Shown here one piece after another: positions 1-8,116 of a stretch of 64,000 nucleotides of DNA. How positions within the stretch are numbered: the first letter of the stretch is position 1; the number at the start of each line of letters is the position of its first letter. A program made the translations under genes and the position numbers. Source of the stretch: an uncultured virus (IMG/VR IMGVR_UViG_3300034200_001934) (taxonomy: Duplodnaviria > Heunggongvirae > Uroviricota > Caudoviricetes); IMG/VR virus record IMGVR_UViG_3300034200_001934; one strand, given 5' to 3'. Below the pieces are notes generated by a model, which was not told where the DNA came from, did no database searches, and saw nothing but the letters and a program-made list of their open reading frames with translations.

Positions 1-1140
1 ACACTTAAGGATGTTGCAAGTCTTTATAGTTCAATCTATGAGGGTAAAAAGAAGGACCAAGACCAAGATGGTGATAATGATTTCGCAGATGTAAGAATTG
101 CAAGAATGATTGCATCTGGAATGTCAAGAGCAGAAGCAATCGCAGCAGTTAGAAATAAAGAATATAATGAAGAATTTGAATATTGGGTAGATTCTCTTGT
201 AGAAGAGGGTTATGACCTTTCTGATTACACTATGGATGAAATGTTTGATATCTATCTTGATGAAGCAGAAGGTTCCTACGGTGCTACTCCAAAAGCAAGA
301 GCAGCAATGAGTAAACTAGCTGCTGCCAGAGCTCGTAAACCTGCAAGTGAGTATCCACAAAAGGGTGAAAAAACTAGAAAAGTAAAGGCAGCAGAAAAGC
401 AAACGAAAAGACAAGATATGCTTTCTAGGGGTCTTTCTGGAGGTAAGAAATCTTCTAGACCTTTTGGTTCTAGAGGTAAGATGGATGCCGATGAGAGAAC
501 AGAAAGAAGGTCTGAGCGTGCTTTTGATTTAGAAACCAAATATGGGGAGGGTTCAATTACCAAGAATCCTAAGAAACTCCGCAAGCAAAAGGCAATGGGT
601 GAGTTTGGTGAGGCATACGATATTGATGAAGCAACTAGAATGCGTAAGGAACTAGGTAAGGAAGGTGAGATTGAAACCCGCAAGGAACTTGCAGCACGTT
701 CTAAGGCATACAAGCGTTCTGGAAGTGTAGATAAGACCATTGCAGCAGCAGAGAGAGGTGCCGACCGTCCTTATATTAAATACAAACGTGATGAGTCTGA
801 CGCAGACAGAAAGAAGAGAGAAGAAAGACAAAGTAGAACTCTAAGAGGACTTGCAGCATCCAGAAGAGGTTCTGTTAGAGATAATCCAAGAGCAGGAATG
901 CGTGGTTATGCTGCTAAGGTAGAGGGTAGTGATAAGGACCTACAATCAGCAAGACAAAAAGCAATGTCTGCTGGAACTCTAACTCCAAAAGAGAAAAAGC
1001 AGTTGGGTGAAGTTTATGAGATTGTAGCATCATACCTCCTTGAGAACAACTTTGCTGCAACTCTTAATGATGCCAATGTCATTATTGAAAATATGAGTGA
1101 AACTTGGTTAGAGGAAATTCTAACCGAAAGAAGAAAATAA
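1..1140 (+). CDS. Highly charged hypothetical protein, 5'-truncated; possible head internal protein
   Basis: Frame is open from base 1 (TLKDVASLYSSIYEGKKKDQDQDGDNDFAD...). Acidic LxE-type blocks alternate with K/R-rich blocks. Confidence 0.6.
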   Translation, partial: TLKDVASLYSSIYEGKKKDQDQDGDNDFADVRIARMIASGMSRAEAIAAVRNKEYNEEFEYWVDSLVEEGYDLSDYTMDEMFDIYLDEAEGSYGATPKARAAMSKLAAARARKPASEYPQKGEKTRKVKAAEKQTKRQDMLSRGLSGGKKSSRPFGSRGKMDADERTERRSERAFDLETKYGEGSITKNPKKLRKQKAMGEFGEAYDIDEATRMRKELGKEGEIETRKELAARSKAYKRSGSVDKTIAAAERGADRPYIKYKRDESDADRKKREERQSRTLRGLAASRRGSVRDNPRAGMRGYAAKVEGSDKDLQSARQKAMSAGTLTPKEKKQLGEVYEIVASYLLENNFAATLNDANVIIENMSETWLEEILTERRK

Positions 1141-1162
1141 TTATTACAATTCACACAATTTT

Positions 1163-1200
1163 ACACCCCCTTGACGGGGGTGTTTTTTTATGTCTAAAAT
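1163..1200 (+). terminator. Rho-independent terminator with sigma70 -35 (TTGACG) in the loop and TAAAAT -10 downstream
   Basis: ACACCCCC-TTGAC-GGGGGTGT then a T tract; TAAAAT at 1195-1200. Confidence 0.8.
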
Positions 1201-1261
1201 GACTCTGTGGAGTTTCAAGAAAATTCTAGGTTCTAAATAGCTCAAAGTACAATAATACAAT

Positions 1262-1687
1262 ATGAGTTATGAAAACCCTTGGAGATTCAATGGGGAAATT
1301 TTTGAGTCTGATAATATTCAAGATAATTTTGGTTTTGTATATCTTATATCTTGCATTCCGACTGGTCGCAAGTATATTGGTAGAAAGTATTTCTGGAGTT
1401 TCCGCACACCAAGAGGAAAATCTAGAAAGGTTAAGTCGGAGTCCGATTGGAAAAAGTATTACGGCTCCTGTCCTGAACTTAAAGACGATGTTAACCTTTG
1501 GGGAAAAGCATCCTTCAACAGAACTATACTTAGCCTCCATAAAACAAAAGGAAAATGTAATTACGAAGAAACCAGACAACTCTTTGTAAATAATGTCTTG
1601 ACAGAAGCACTTGACGATGGGATTCCTGCGTATTATAATTCTAATGTCCTAGGAAGATATTATCGGAAGGATTACTTTAATGAATGA
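1262..1687 (+). CDS. GIY-YIG family endonuclease-like protein
   Basis: GFVY...RKYIG motif and YYGS; late-promoter-like TAAATA near 1235. Confidence 0.7.
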   Translation: MSYENPWRFNGEIFESDNIQDNFGFVYLISCIPTGRKYIGRKYFWSFRTPRGKSRKVKSESDWKKYYGSCPELKDDVNLWGKASFNRTILSLHKTKGKCNYEETRQLFVNNVLTEALDDGIPAYYNSNVLGRYYRKDYFNE

Positions 1688-1877
1688 CCTAAAAGTAAAA
1701 AAAGTCTGCAATACTTTGATTGAAAATCATATCAATCGAATGCACGAATTGTGTGATGAGGGTCGAATCAAAGATGCTGAAAGTGTTTATGGTGAGATTC
1801 GAGATTGGGTGATTCAAAAAGAAAATCTAGAAGTTTTATCATTGGAGTATATTAGTGGTTATTTTCTAGATTTGTAA
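1680..1877 (+). CDS. Hypothetical protein
   Basis: 65-aa ORF overlapping the upstream stop. Confidence 0.6.
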   Translation: MNDLKVKKVCNTLIENHINRMHELCDEGRIKDAESVYGEIRDWVIQKENLEVLSLEYISGYFLDL

Positions 1878-1967
1878 CAAAACTAAATAATCACTTATAA
1901 TGTAAAATCCAAACTTGGATCCCTATTATGAGTAGGGTTTTTTATTATGAGATTTTGAATGATTTTT

Positions 1968-2034
1968 AGAGCCGTGGGTAATGCCTTCTGAGAAGAAGGA
2001 ACTTCTCCTTTACCTAGACGGATGTAGAGTTCAA
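1968..2034 (+). promoter_or_regulatory. Candidate structured 5' leader RNA upstream of the cell-wall hydrolase
   Basis: CCGT-GGGTAA pairs with TTACCT-AG-ACGG and encloses a CCTTCT-GAGA-AGAAGG GNRA hairpin. Confidence 0.45.
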
Positions 2035-2043
2035 TTAATTTTA

Positions 2044-2712
2044 ATGCAATCTATCTTTACAGTAGCCTTGCCCCTTCTGGCAACGGTTACAACCAGCACG
2101 GCATCACTGCCATTCGTCAACTACAAGATGCAAGGTCCTCCACCTCCAGTGGAACCAACAACTAAATCATTTTCCGATATTAAAAAATTTGACCTTGTAG
2201 ATGAAAAGAAGACAGCAATCCGAGAGGTTGCTCCCGAAAAGCCAAAAGAGAAAAGACTAATTTGTAAAGGGTGTAATGAACATGAGAATGCTACCCTGGC
2301 ATTTTTCCAGGAACGTGGTGTTAAAGACAGAAACGCCCTTGCTACCATCATGGGTAATATTCGTCAGGAATCAACTTTTATTCCTAACATTTGTGAAGGT
2401 GGTAGCAGAACCAGTTGGAGTAACTGCGGACGTGGTTACGGACTGATTCAATGGACATCTGCCGATCGTTATTATGGATTGGGTGATTTTGCTAAGAAGT
2501 TTGGTGGTTCTCCATCAACACTTCCAACGCAACTTCGTTATCTAACGACTGAGGTTCAATGGAAACGAATTGAAGATAGGATGAAAACTCCTGGTAAGTC
2601 TATCAATCGTTACATGGACTATGCGTATAGTTGGATTGGTTGGGGGCATCATGGAGCTAGAACTTCATATGCTCATGAATATGCTTCTAAACTGATCACG
2701 GTAGAAGTTTGA
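2044..2712 (+). CDS. Secreted phage tail-lysozyme-like (Phage_lysozyme2) cell-wall hydrolase
   Basis: Signal-peptide-like N-terminus from ATG 2044; ATIMGNIRQES and GYGLIQWT motifs. Confidence 0.75.
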   Translation: MQSIFTVALPLLATVTTSTASLPFVNYKMQGPPPPVEPTTKSFSDIKKFDLVDEKKTAIREVAPEKPKEKRLICKGCNEHENATLAFFQERGVKDRNALATIMGNIRQESTFIPNICEGGSRTSWSNCGRGYGLIQWTSADRYYGLGDFAKKFGGSPSTLPTQLRYLTTEVQWKRIEDRMKTPGKSINRYMDYAYSWIGWGHHGARTSYAHEYASKLITVEV

Positions 2713-2725
2713 CAAACTGAATAAT

Positions 2726-2780
2726 AGGGGAGAAGCAAAGGTCTCTCCCCTTGACAGATAATTTTTATATAATATATAAT
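2726..2780 (+). promoter_or_regulatory. Terminator-like hairpin abutting the sigma70 promoter for the tRNA
   Basis: GGGGAGA...TCTCCCC stem followed directly by TTGACA (2751)-N18-TATAAT (2775). Confidence 0.7.
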
Positions 2781-2789
2781 ACAAATAGT

Positions 2790-2860
2790 GCGGACATGGT
2801 GTAGCGGTAACACGTCATCCTTCCAAGTTGAAATCACGAGTTCGATCCTCGTTGTCCGCT
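2790..2860 (+). tRNA. trnG: tRNA-Gly (anticodon TCC), CCA not encoded
   Basis: Acceptor stem GCGGACA/TGTCCGC; anticodon loop CTTCCAA; T-loop TTCGATC. Confidence 0.93.
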
Positions 2861-2899
2861 TTATGAAAATAATAAATATCTCACAACCGTAGTGAAAAA

Positions 2900-3151
2900 A
2901 TGACTAAAATAAGATGCAAAAATTGTAATGTTGAATTAAATTCACATCCAATAAAAACAAAATGCTGTGGTTGTGATAATTTGACAACCATAACTGGAGA
3001 AAAAATTAGTGCGTTAGATTTAACTCTGGTTGAATTGATAAATTCTGACTATAAAAAAGATACTAAATCTGTGTTTTCCAGAGAAGATTTGGAGTATCAG
3101 GAATCAAGAAGAAACCGTAAAATTAGAAAATTAGACTTTGAAATTCGTTAA
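2900..3151 (+). CDS. Hypothetical zinc-ribbon protein
   Basis: CxxC...CCGC; TAAATA upstream. Confidence 0.65.
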   Translation: MTKIRCKNCNVELNSHPIKTKCCGCDNLTTITGEKISALDLTLVELINSDYKKDTKSVFSREDLEYQESRRNRKIRKLDFEIR

Positions 3152-3252
3152 TAATTTAACAATCTCTTAATGAGTGTGTCGTATTGATAACAATAGGTAG
3201 GCGTTTGGATTTATAGAATTATAATATATTAGTATACTCTTTTAATACTTAT

Positions 3253-3402
3253 ATGGACCAACATACTTACAATAATTGGGTCCGTATTAAAGAAACTTTC
3301 GAAGCTTCTGGAAATACCGACAATATGTTTTATAAGAGAGCAGTTGAAATTGTAAAAACCAGAAGAGATCCTTTAGCAAAATTTCTTGGAGATGTGAAGT
3401 GA
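3253..3402 (+). CDS. Small hypothetical protein (49 aa)
   Basis: MDQHTYNNWVRIKETFEASGNTDNMFYKRA..., read by hand; coupled to the next ORF. Confidence 0.65.
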   Translation: MDQHTYNNWVRIKETFEASGNTDNMFYKRAVEIVKTRRDPLAKFLGDVK

Positions 3403-3605
3403 TGGAACCACATGATGAATTTATTACACGAGTTGAAGTTCGGGAGATGATTGACGATGCAATACGAAGACATAATCGTAATGCTACGATTATTTCAATG
3501 TGTGTTGGTTGGGTTGTTCTTGCTCTTTTTGCTGAAGGTCTGCTTCGACTTGTTGGAGTAATTCCGCCAATATTTCCTTGGATAAACATTTCATTAGTTC
3601 ATTAA
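3399..3605 (+). CDS. Small membrane protein
   Basis: One long hydrophobic segment; operon-coupled. Confidence 0.65.
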   Translation: MMEPHDEFITRVEVREMIDDAIRRHNRNATIISMCVGWVVLALFAEGLLRLVGVIPPIFPWINISLVH

Positions 3606-3609
3606 ATTG

Positions 3610-3723
3610 ATGGAAAATATTACAGAAGAAGATTTGCTAAAACTACAAAAAAGAGTTTTGGAGAAAAAAATGGATGAACTTTTTGAAGAACCATCTACAT
3701 ACGAAGATGATGACAACGAATGA
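3610..3723 (+). CDS. Small acidic hypothetical protein (37 aa)
   Basis: MENITEEDLLKLQKRVLEKKMDELFEEPSTYEDDDNE. Confidence 0.5.
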   Translation: MENITEEDLLKLQKRVLEKKMDELFEEPSTYEDDDNE

Positions 3724-3835
3724 TTGGATGATATTCATAGAGTTTTTTTCGCACATGCTTTATATGTTTATTGCATTTATGTGTGGAATAATCATTGGAT
3801 ACATAGTGGGATTTCGTAATGGTGGAGGATTGTAA
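3707..3835 (+). CDS. Small single-TM protein (42 aa)
   Basis: Hydrophobic segment; TAATG overlap with the next ORF. Confidence 0.5.
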   Translation: MMTTNDWMIFIEFFSHMLYMFIAFMCGIIIGYIVGFRNGGGL

Positions 3836-3936
3836 TGAATAGTCTCATTCTATATACTTTGATTATATTTGGAATCATAGGACTTTTTATTTTTTGGGGT
3901 CTTACTCACGCATACACATCCTTTGGAGGGATATGA
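3835..3936 (+). CDS. Small single-TM protein (33 aa)
   Basis: MNSLILYTLIIFGIIGLFIFWGLTHAYTSFGGI; ATGA overlap with talC. Confidence 0.5.
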   Translation: MNSLILYTLIIFGIIGLFIFWGLTHAYTSFGGI

Positions 3937-4598
3937 AAATATTTTTAGACACAGCAGATATCGATATGATTAGTTCAGCATATGGGACTGGACTATTGGA
4001 TGGAGTTACTACGAATCCCACTTTAATTCTTAAAAGTGGCAGGCAACTTCAGGAAGTTATTGAAGAAATCTCAAATTCTTTTTCAAAACTAGAAAGTATT
4101 TCTGCAGAAGTTGTTGCTGATACTGCAGAAGAAATGCTTTCACAAGCACAACATTATTATACAATTGCACCAGCAGTTACGATTAAAGTTCCTTGTACTG
4201 TAGAGGGACTTAAGGTTTGTAAGACACTTTCTGATAAAGGAATTAAAGTCAATGTTACATTAGTATTCTCCGTCGCTCAAGCAATACTCGCATCCAAAGC
4301 AGGAGCAACATTCATCTCACCTTTCATTGGTCGTTGGATGGACAATTCTATAGATGGAATTGAACTTATCAAGAACATTCGTAAGGTATTTGATTACTCA
4401 GGAACATCTACACAAATTCTTGCAGCATCTCTTCGTGATGTAAGACAAGTAGAACAATCTGCCCTATATGGTGCTGATGTAATTACAATTCCCCCAGTAG
4501 TATTCTGGGCAATGTATAAGAACATTATGACTGATAAGGGTCTTGATTTGTTTCAAAATGATTGGGATCAGGTATTAAAACAACAAAAGACGGAGTGA
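3933..4598 (+). CDS. talC: Transaldolase (TalC/FSA family)
   Basis: MKIFLDTAD, GVTTNPTL, Schiff-base IKVP, NVTLVFS, SPFIGR; GGAGG RBS before ATG 3933. Confidence 0.95.
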   Translation: MKIFLDTADIDMISSAYGTGLLDGVTTNPTLILKSGRQLQEVIEEISNSFSKLESISAEVVADTAEEMLSQAQHYYTIAPAVTIKVPCTVEGLKVCKTLSDKGIKVNVTLVFSVAQAILASKAGATFISPFIGRWMDNSIDGIELIKNIRKVFDYSGTSTQILAASLRDVRQVEQSALYGADVITIPPVVFWAMYKNIMTDKGLDLFQNDWDQVLKQQKTE

Positions 4599-4602
4599 TT
4601 CA

Positions 4603-4764
4603 ATGAAAGAATTTACATTTACGGAAGATCAAATGAAACTGTTGGCAGATGCAGTTTGGATGAGGCAAAGATGCTTTATAGCAGGAGATAGAAAATTTAA
4701 AGAATACGGGGAAATTCTCAATGAAATTCTTAATGAAATAGATTATCTTCCTAAAAGGGCATGA
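4603..4764 (+). CDS. Small hypothetical protein (53 aa)
   Basis: Read by hand; GGAG RBS; ATGA overlap with the next ORF. Confidence 0.55.
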   Translation: MKEFTFTEDQMKLLADAVWMRQRCFIAGDRKFKEYGEILNEILNEIDYLPKRA

Positions 4765-4967
4765 AATCAGAACACCAATGTTGGCATTTTATAATGTCAT
4801 CTTTTTCTAGAATTTATGGAGTAAATAAAGTGAAATGTGAAGAAAGATTCCATGCATTTGCTTTACAGTGGTGCGATGATCATAATTATGTTTGTGATAT
4901 TCATCTTGATGATTTAAATAAGGTTGATAGGTATTTTAGACAAGAGTACGAAAATTGGGAGGGATAG
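4761..4967 (+). CDS. Hypothetical protein
   Basis: 68-aa ORF abutting gnd. Confidence 0.6.
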   Translation: MKSEHQCWHFIMSSFSRIYGVNKVKCEERFHAFALQWCDDHNYVCDIHLDDLNKVDRYFRQEYENWEG

Positions 4968-6002
4968 ATGAAAGTAGGATTAATTGGATTGGGGAGGATG
5001 GGGGAAGGAATGTCCCGTCGTATGATGAAGGATGGAATAGAAGTTTGGGGTTATCGGAGAAATTATGAAAAAGCAAACGAAGCATATGAAAAGGGATATG
5101 TGGATGGAATTGCAACTACTATTGAAAATCTTGTTAAAGTAGTTAAGCAAAATAAACAGGGAAAATATCAACCAGGAATTTTTCAGATGGTTGTTCCCGC
5201 AGAAACAGTGGAGGAGACAATTAATGAGTTACTACGACATTGTAGTGAAGGAGATATTATTATTGATCATGGCAATAGCAATTTTAAGGACAGTCGGAAA
5301 AGGGCAGAACGTTTGGCAAAGTTGGGTATCCAATATATTGATTGTGGCACTAGCGGTGGTGTTTATGGCTTGGATCGTGGATACTGTCTTATGGTTGGTG
5401 GCGGAAATACTGCAGTCTCCACTTGTGCAAAAATATTTGATGCACTCTCTCCAGGAATCCAGGCTGCCCCGAGGACTAAGTTTGACTCACCTCTGACTTC
5501 TGCTGAGTTTGGTTGGTTACATTGTGGTGGTCCAGGTGCAGGGCACTTTGTGAAGATGGTTCATAATGGAATTGAGTATGGTATAATGCAGGCATATGCT
5601 GAAGGATTCAATATTATTAAAAATGCAAACGCAGGTGCAAAATATGTCAAGGAAGGAGATGCTGAGGTTGCTCCAATGGCAGACCCAGAATCTTATTGCT
5701 ATGACATTGACGTTTCTGAGGTTGCTGAGCTATGGCGTCGTGGTAGTGTTGTTGGGTCTTGGCTTCTTGACCTTACCGCTGATGTTCTGCGGAATGATGG
5801 TGAACTTAAACAATTCTCTGGAGGGGTTTCCGATAGTGGTGAGGGTCGTTGGACTGTTTCTGCCGCTGTGGACCTTGGTGTACCCGCTCCTGTCATTACT
5901 ACTGCCCTTTTTGAAAGATTTAATTCACGCAACTTGGGCACTTTCGCATCCAAGGTTCTGAATGGTATGAGATATATGTTTGGTGGACATCATGTTAGGT
6001 AA
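4968..6002 (+). CDS. gnd: 6-phosphogluconate dehydrogenase (short form)
   Basis: GLGRMG Rossmann motif, DCGTSGG, GHFVKMVHNGIEYG, DSGEGRW, FGGH. Confidence 0.96.
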   Translation: MKVGLIGLGRMGEGMSRRMMKDGIEVWGYRRNYEKANEAYEKGYVDGIATTIENLVKVVKQNKQGKYQPGIFQMVVPAETVEETINELLRHCSEGDIIIDHGNSNFKDSRKRAERLAKLGIQYIDCGTSGGVYGLDRGYCLMVGGGNTAVSTCAKIFDALSPGIQAAPRTKFDSPLTSAEFGWLHCGGPGAGHFVKMVHNGIEYGIMQAYAEGFNIIKNANAGAKYVKEGDAEVAPMADPESYCYDIDVSEVAELWRRGSVVGSWLLDLTADVLRNDGELKQFSGGVSDSGEGRWTVSAAVDLGVPAPVITTALFERFNSRNLGTFASKVLNGMRYMFGGHHVR

Positions 6003-6111
6003 GGCACTTTTATTTGTTTCAATTCCTTTTGTTTTGAGTACACTTTATTTTGGAACAAGGGGTGGTTATTATGATTCCGAAGACTATAAAGGAAATGGAA
6101 CCGCACACTAA
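5992..6111 (+). CDS. ndhP: NdhP-like subunit of photosynthetic NDH-1L (39 aa)
   Basis: MLGKALLFVSIPFVLSTLYFGTRGGYYDSEDYKGNGTAH: one TM plus the FGTxxGxYDxxxYxGNGxAH C-terminus typical of NdhP. Confidence 0.85.
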   Translation: MLGKALLFVSIPFVLSTLYFGTRGGYYDSEDYKGNGTAH

Positions 6112-6302
6112 TGAAACACGCATTAATTCTAAGTCTATGTTTTCTTCCTCTTGCAGTTATCTACATAGTAATGAAGGTATCATTATGGTTATCTACTAGC
6201 GTATCTGAAGTCAATTATGTCAGAGAGGATGCAAAACGAGAACACGGACCCTATTTGGAAGACCCATATGGAGACGTTGATGAAAAAGAAGAGGATTATT
6301 GA
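6111..6302 (+). CDS. Small membrane-anchored hypothetical protein
   Basis: N-terminal TM; TAATG coupling to ndhP. Confidence 0.6.
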   Translation: MKHALILSLCFLPLAVIYIVMKVSLWLSTSVSEVNYVREDAKREHGPYLEDPYGDVDEKEEDY

Positions 6303-6453
6303 GACTAAAGAGATAATCGAAAAGGCAATCTTTGATTGGTATTTCGAGCAAGGTAAACCTGTTCCTGATTGGAAGATGAAAAAAGATCCGCAGTGGTGGA
6401 CTGATTATCTCAGAGAACTTTCTGGTGATTACGAAGGCAATGATGACTGGTAA
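6280..6453 (+). CDS. Hypothetical protein
   Basis: MKKKRIIETKE...WWTDYLRE; start taken at ATG 6280. Confidence 0.5.
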   Translation: MKKKRIIETKEIIEKAIFDWYFEQGKPVPDWKMKKDPQWWTDYLRELSGDYEGNDDW

Positions 6454-6458
6454 TTAAA

Positions 6459-6593
6459 ATGATATTTCATATAGTAGAAAAACTAGCAGCAAATCCCTTC
6501 TTTCTTTTTCTTTGTGGATGTGGATTGACAATAGTGCCATTTGCAGGTATTATGTATATACACAAAAATCACATTAGTGATGGTGGAAAATAG
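6459..6593 (+). CDS. Small single-TM protein (44 aa)
   Basis: MIFHIVEKLAANPFFLFLCGCGLTIVPFAGIMYIH..., read by hand. Confidence 0.5.
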   Translation: MIFHIVEKLAANPFFLFLCGCGLTIVPFAGIMYIHKNHISDGGK

Positions 6594-6638
6594 TCACGGA
6601 TGGACTCTAACAGTACTGGTCGGAAGCAATCCCCCCTT

Positions 6639-6866
6639 ATGGCAAAATCTGATTTTTTCAGATACATTGGCAATATTCTCCTTTTATCGGGATATTTTTT
6701 CCTGCTATGGGGTGATATGAAAATTGGTTTATTTGTGAAATGTATTGGCAATATTTTTGTCGTTCCTTTTGCAATTAAATATAAGTTTTGGGATATTTTA
6801 TTTTTATGTGGATTTTATGCTGCAATAGAAATACCTAAACTAATACAACTTTTCCTAGTTAAGTAA
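6639..6866 (+). CDS. Small three-TM membrane protein (75 aa)
   Basis: Three hydrophobic segments; flanked by structured RNA on both sides. Confidence 0.6.
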   Translation: MAKSDFFRYIGNILLLSGYFFLLWGDMKIGLFVKCIGNIFVVPFAIKYKFWDILFLCGFYAAIEIPKLIQLFLVK

Positions 6867-6981
6867 AACTAGGTGGTGGAGCCGAGAAATCGAACAACTG
6901 ATTGAGTTTCCAATTTCTCTAAAGAATTGGTGGTGCGGATGGGATAACTCCCGCCTGGTTATTATTCCAGTTAAAAAATAA
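6848..6981 (+). ncRNA. Tandem-pseudoknot structured RNA resembling the cyanophage manA/wcaG-class motifs; a probable 5' part lies at 6591-6636
   Basis: Three H-type pseudoknot units with different sequence but the same pairing layout; the first two are followed by TGGTG. Confidence 0.6.
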
Positions 6982-6991
6982 AATTTATTAT

Positions 6992-7028
6992 AAGGGGGGT
7001 TTACAAGACCCCCCTTTTTTAGTATGAT
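6992..7028 (+). terminator. Terminator with TTTACA -35 in the loop and TATGAT -10 17 bp downstream
   Basis: AAGGGGGGT-TTACAAG-ACCCCCCTT then a T tract; TATGAT at 7023. Confidence 0.75.
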
Positions 7029-7063
7029 ATATACTAAAGAATTATTATTTTCTTGATTAAAAA

Positions 7064-8116
7064 ATGAGTCAATATGTTAAAACAGCACTCGTTCTTGGTG
7101 CTGGTGGCTTTATTGGAAGTCATATGGTTCGTAGATTACGTTCTGAGGGATATTGGGTTCGAGGTGTAGATCTTAAGTATCCTGAGTTTTCTCCTACAGA
7201 GGCAAATGAATTTGTCCAAGGAGATTTGCGTGATGTAGATTTTGTTAGTCGTGTCCTTGAATATAAGGGTGATCGTGGTAATTTTTATAATCATGTTCCC
7301 TATCGTTATATTCAAGCATTTGATGAGGTATATCAATTTGCTGCTGATATGGGTGGAGCAGGATTTGTCTTCACTGGTGAGAATGATGCAGACATTATGC
7401 ATAATTCAGTGTCAATAAACTTGAACGTTCTTGAGGAACAACGTAAATTAAATGAAAGAGTCGGTAAGAATACTACTAAAATTTTCTATTCTGGTTCTGC
7501 TTGCATGTATCCTGAGCATAACCAACTTGATCCCGATAATCCTGATTGTAGGGAGTCTTCTGCTTATCCTGCCAATCCAGACTCTGAATACGGTTGGGAA
7601 AAACTTTTTAGTGAGCGTCTATATTTTGCTTACAATAGGAATTACGGCATTCCTGTACGTGTTGCTAGATATCATAACATCTTTGGACCAGAGGGGACCT
7701 GGGAAGGTGGACGAGAAAAGGCTCCTGCTGCGATTTGTAGAAAAGTGGCATATCTTCCGACTGAAGGGGGCACTATTGAAGTATGGGGAGACGGTAAGCA
7801 AACAAGATCTTTCCTCTATATTGACGAGTGTATTGAAGCAACAAGGAGAATGATGGACTCTGAATTTATGGGACCAGTAAATATTGGTTCTGAGGAAATG
7901 GTGACCATTAATCAACTCGTAGAAACTGCAGAAAAAATTTCTGGAAAGTCTGTAAATAAGAACCATATTCCTGGCCCTCTTGGAGTTCGTGGTCGTAATT
8001 CTAATAATGATTTGATTCGTGAGAAACTCGGTTGGGATTACTCTCAAACATTGGAAGAAGGTATTCTCAAAACATACGAATGGATTAGTGAGCAAATTGC
8101 AAAGAAACAGTCATGA
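7064..8116 (+). CDS. GDP-mannose 3,5-epimerase-like NAD-dependent epimerase
   Basis: GAGGFIG, AADMGGAGF, SACMYPE, YGWEK, GGREKAPAAICRK. Confidence 0.9.
   Translation: MSQYVKTALVLGAGGFIGSHMVRRLRSEGYWVRGVDLKYPEFSPTEANEFVQGDLRDVDFVSRVLEYKGDRGNFYNHVPYRYIQAFDEVYQFAADMGGAGFVFTGENDADIMHNSVSINLNVLEEQRKLNERVGKNTTKIFYSGSACMYPEHNQLDPDNPDCRESSAYPANPDSEYGWEKLFSERLYFAYNRNYGIPVRVARYHNIFGPEGTWEGGREKAPAAICRKVAYLPTEGGTIEVWGDGKQTRSFLYIDECIEATRRMMDSEFMGPVNIGSEEMVTINQLVETAEKISGKSVNKNHIPGPLGVRGRNSNNDLIREKLGWDYSQTLEEGILKTYEWISEQIAKKQS

Noticed and set aside
1981..2043. ATG 1981 as the start of the hydrolase
   Set aside because: It lies inside a predicted RNA structure; ATG 2044 gives a clean signal-peptide N-terminus.
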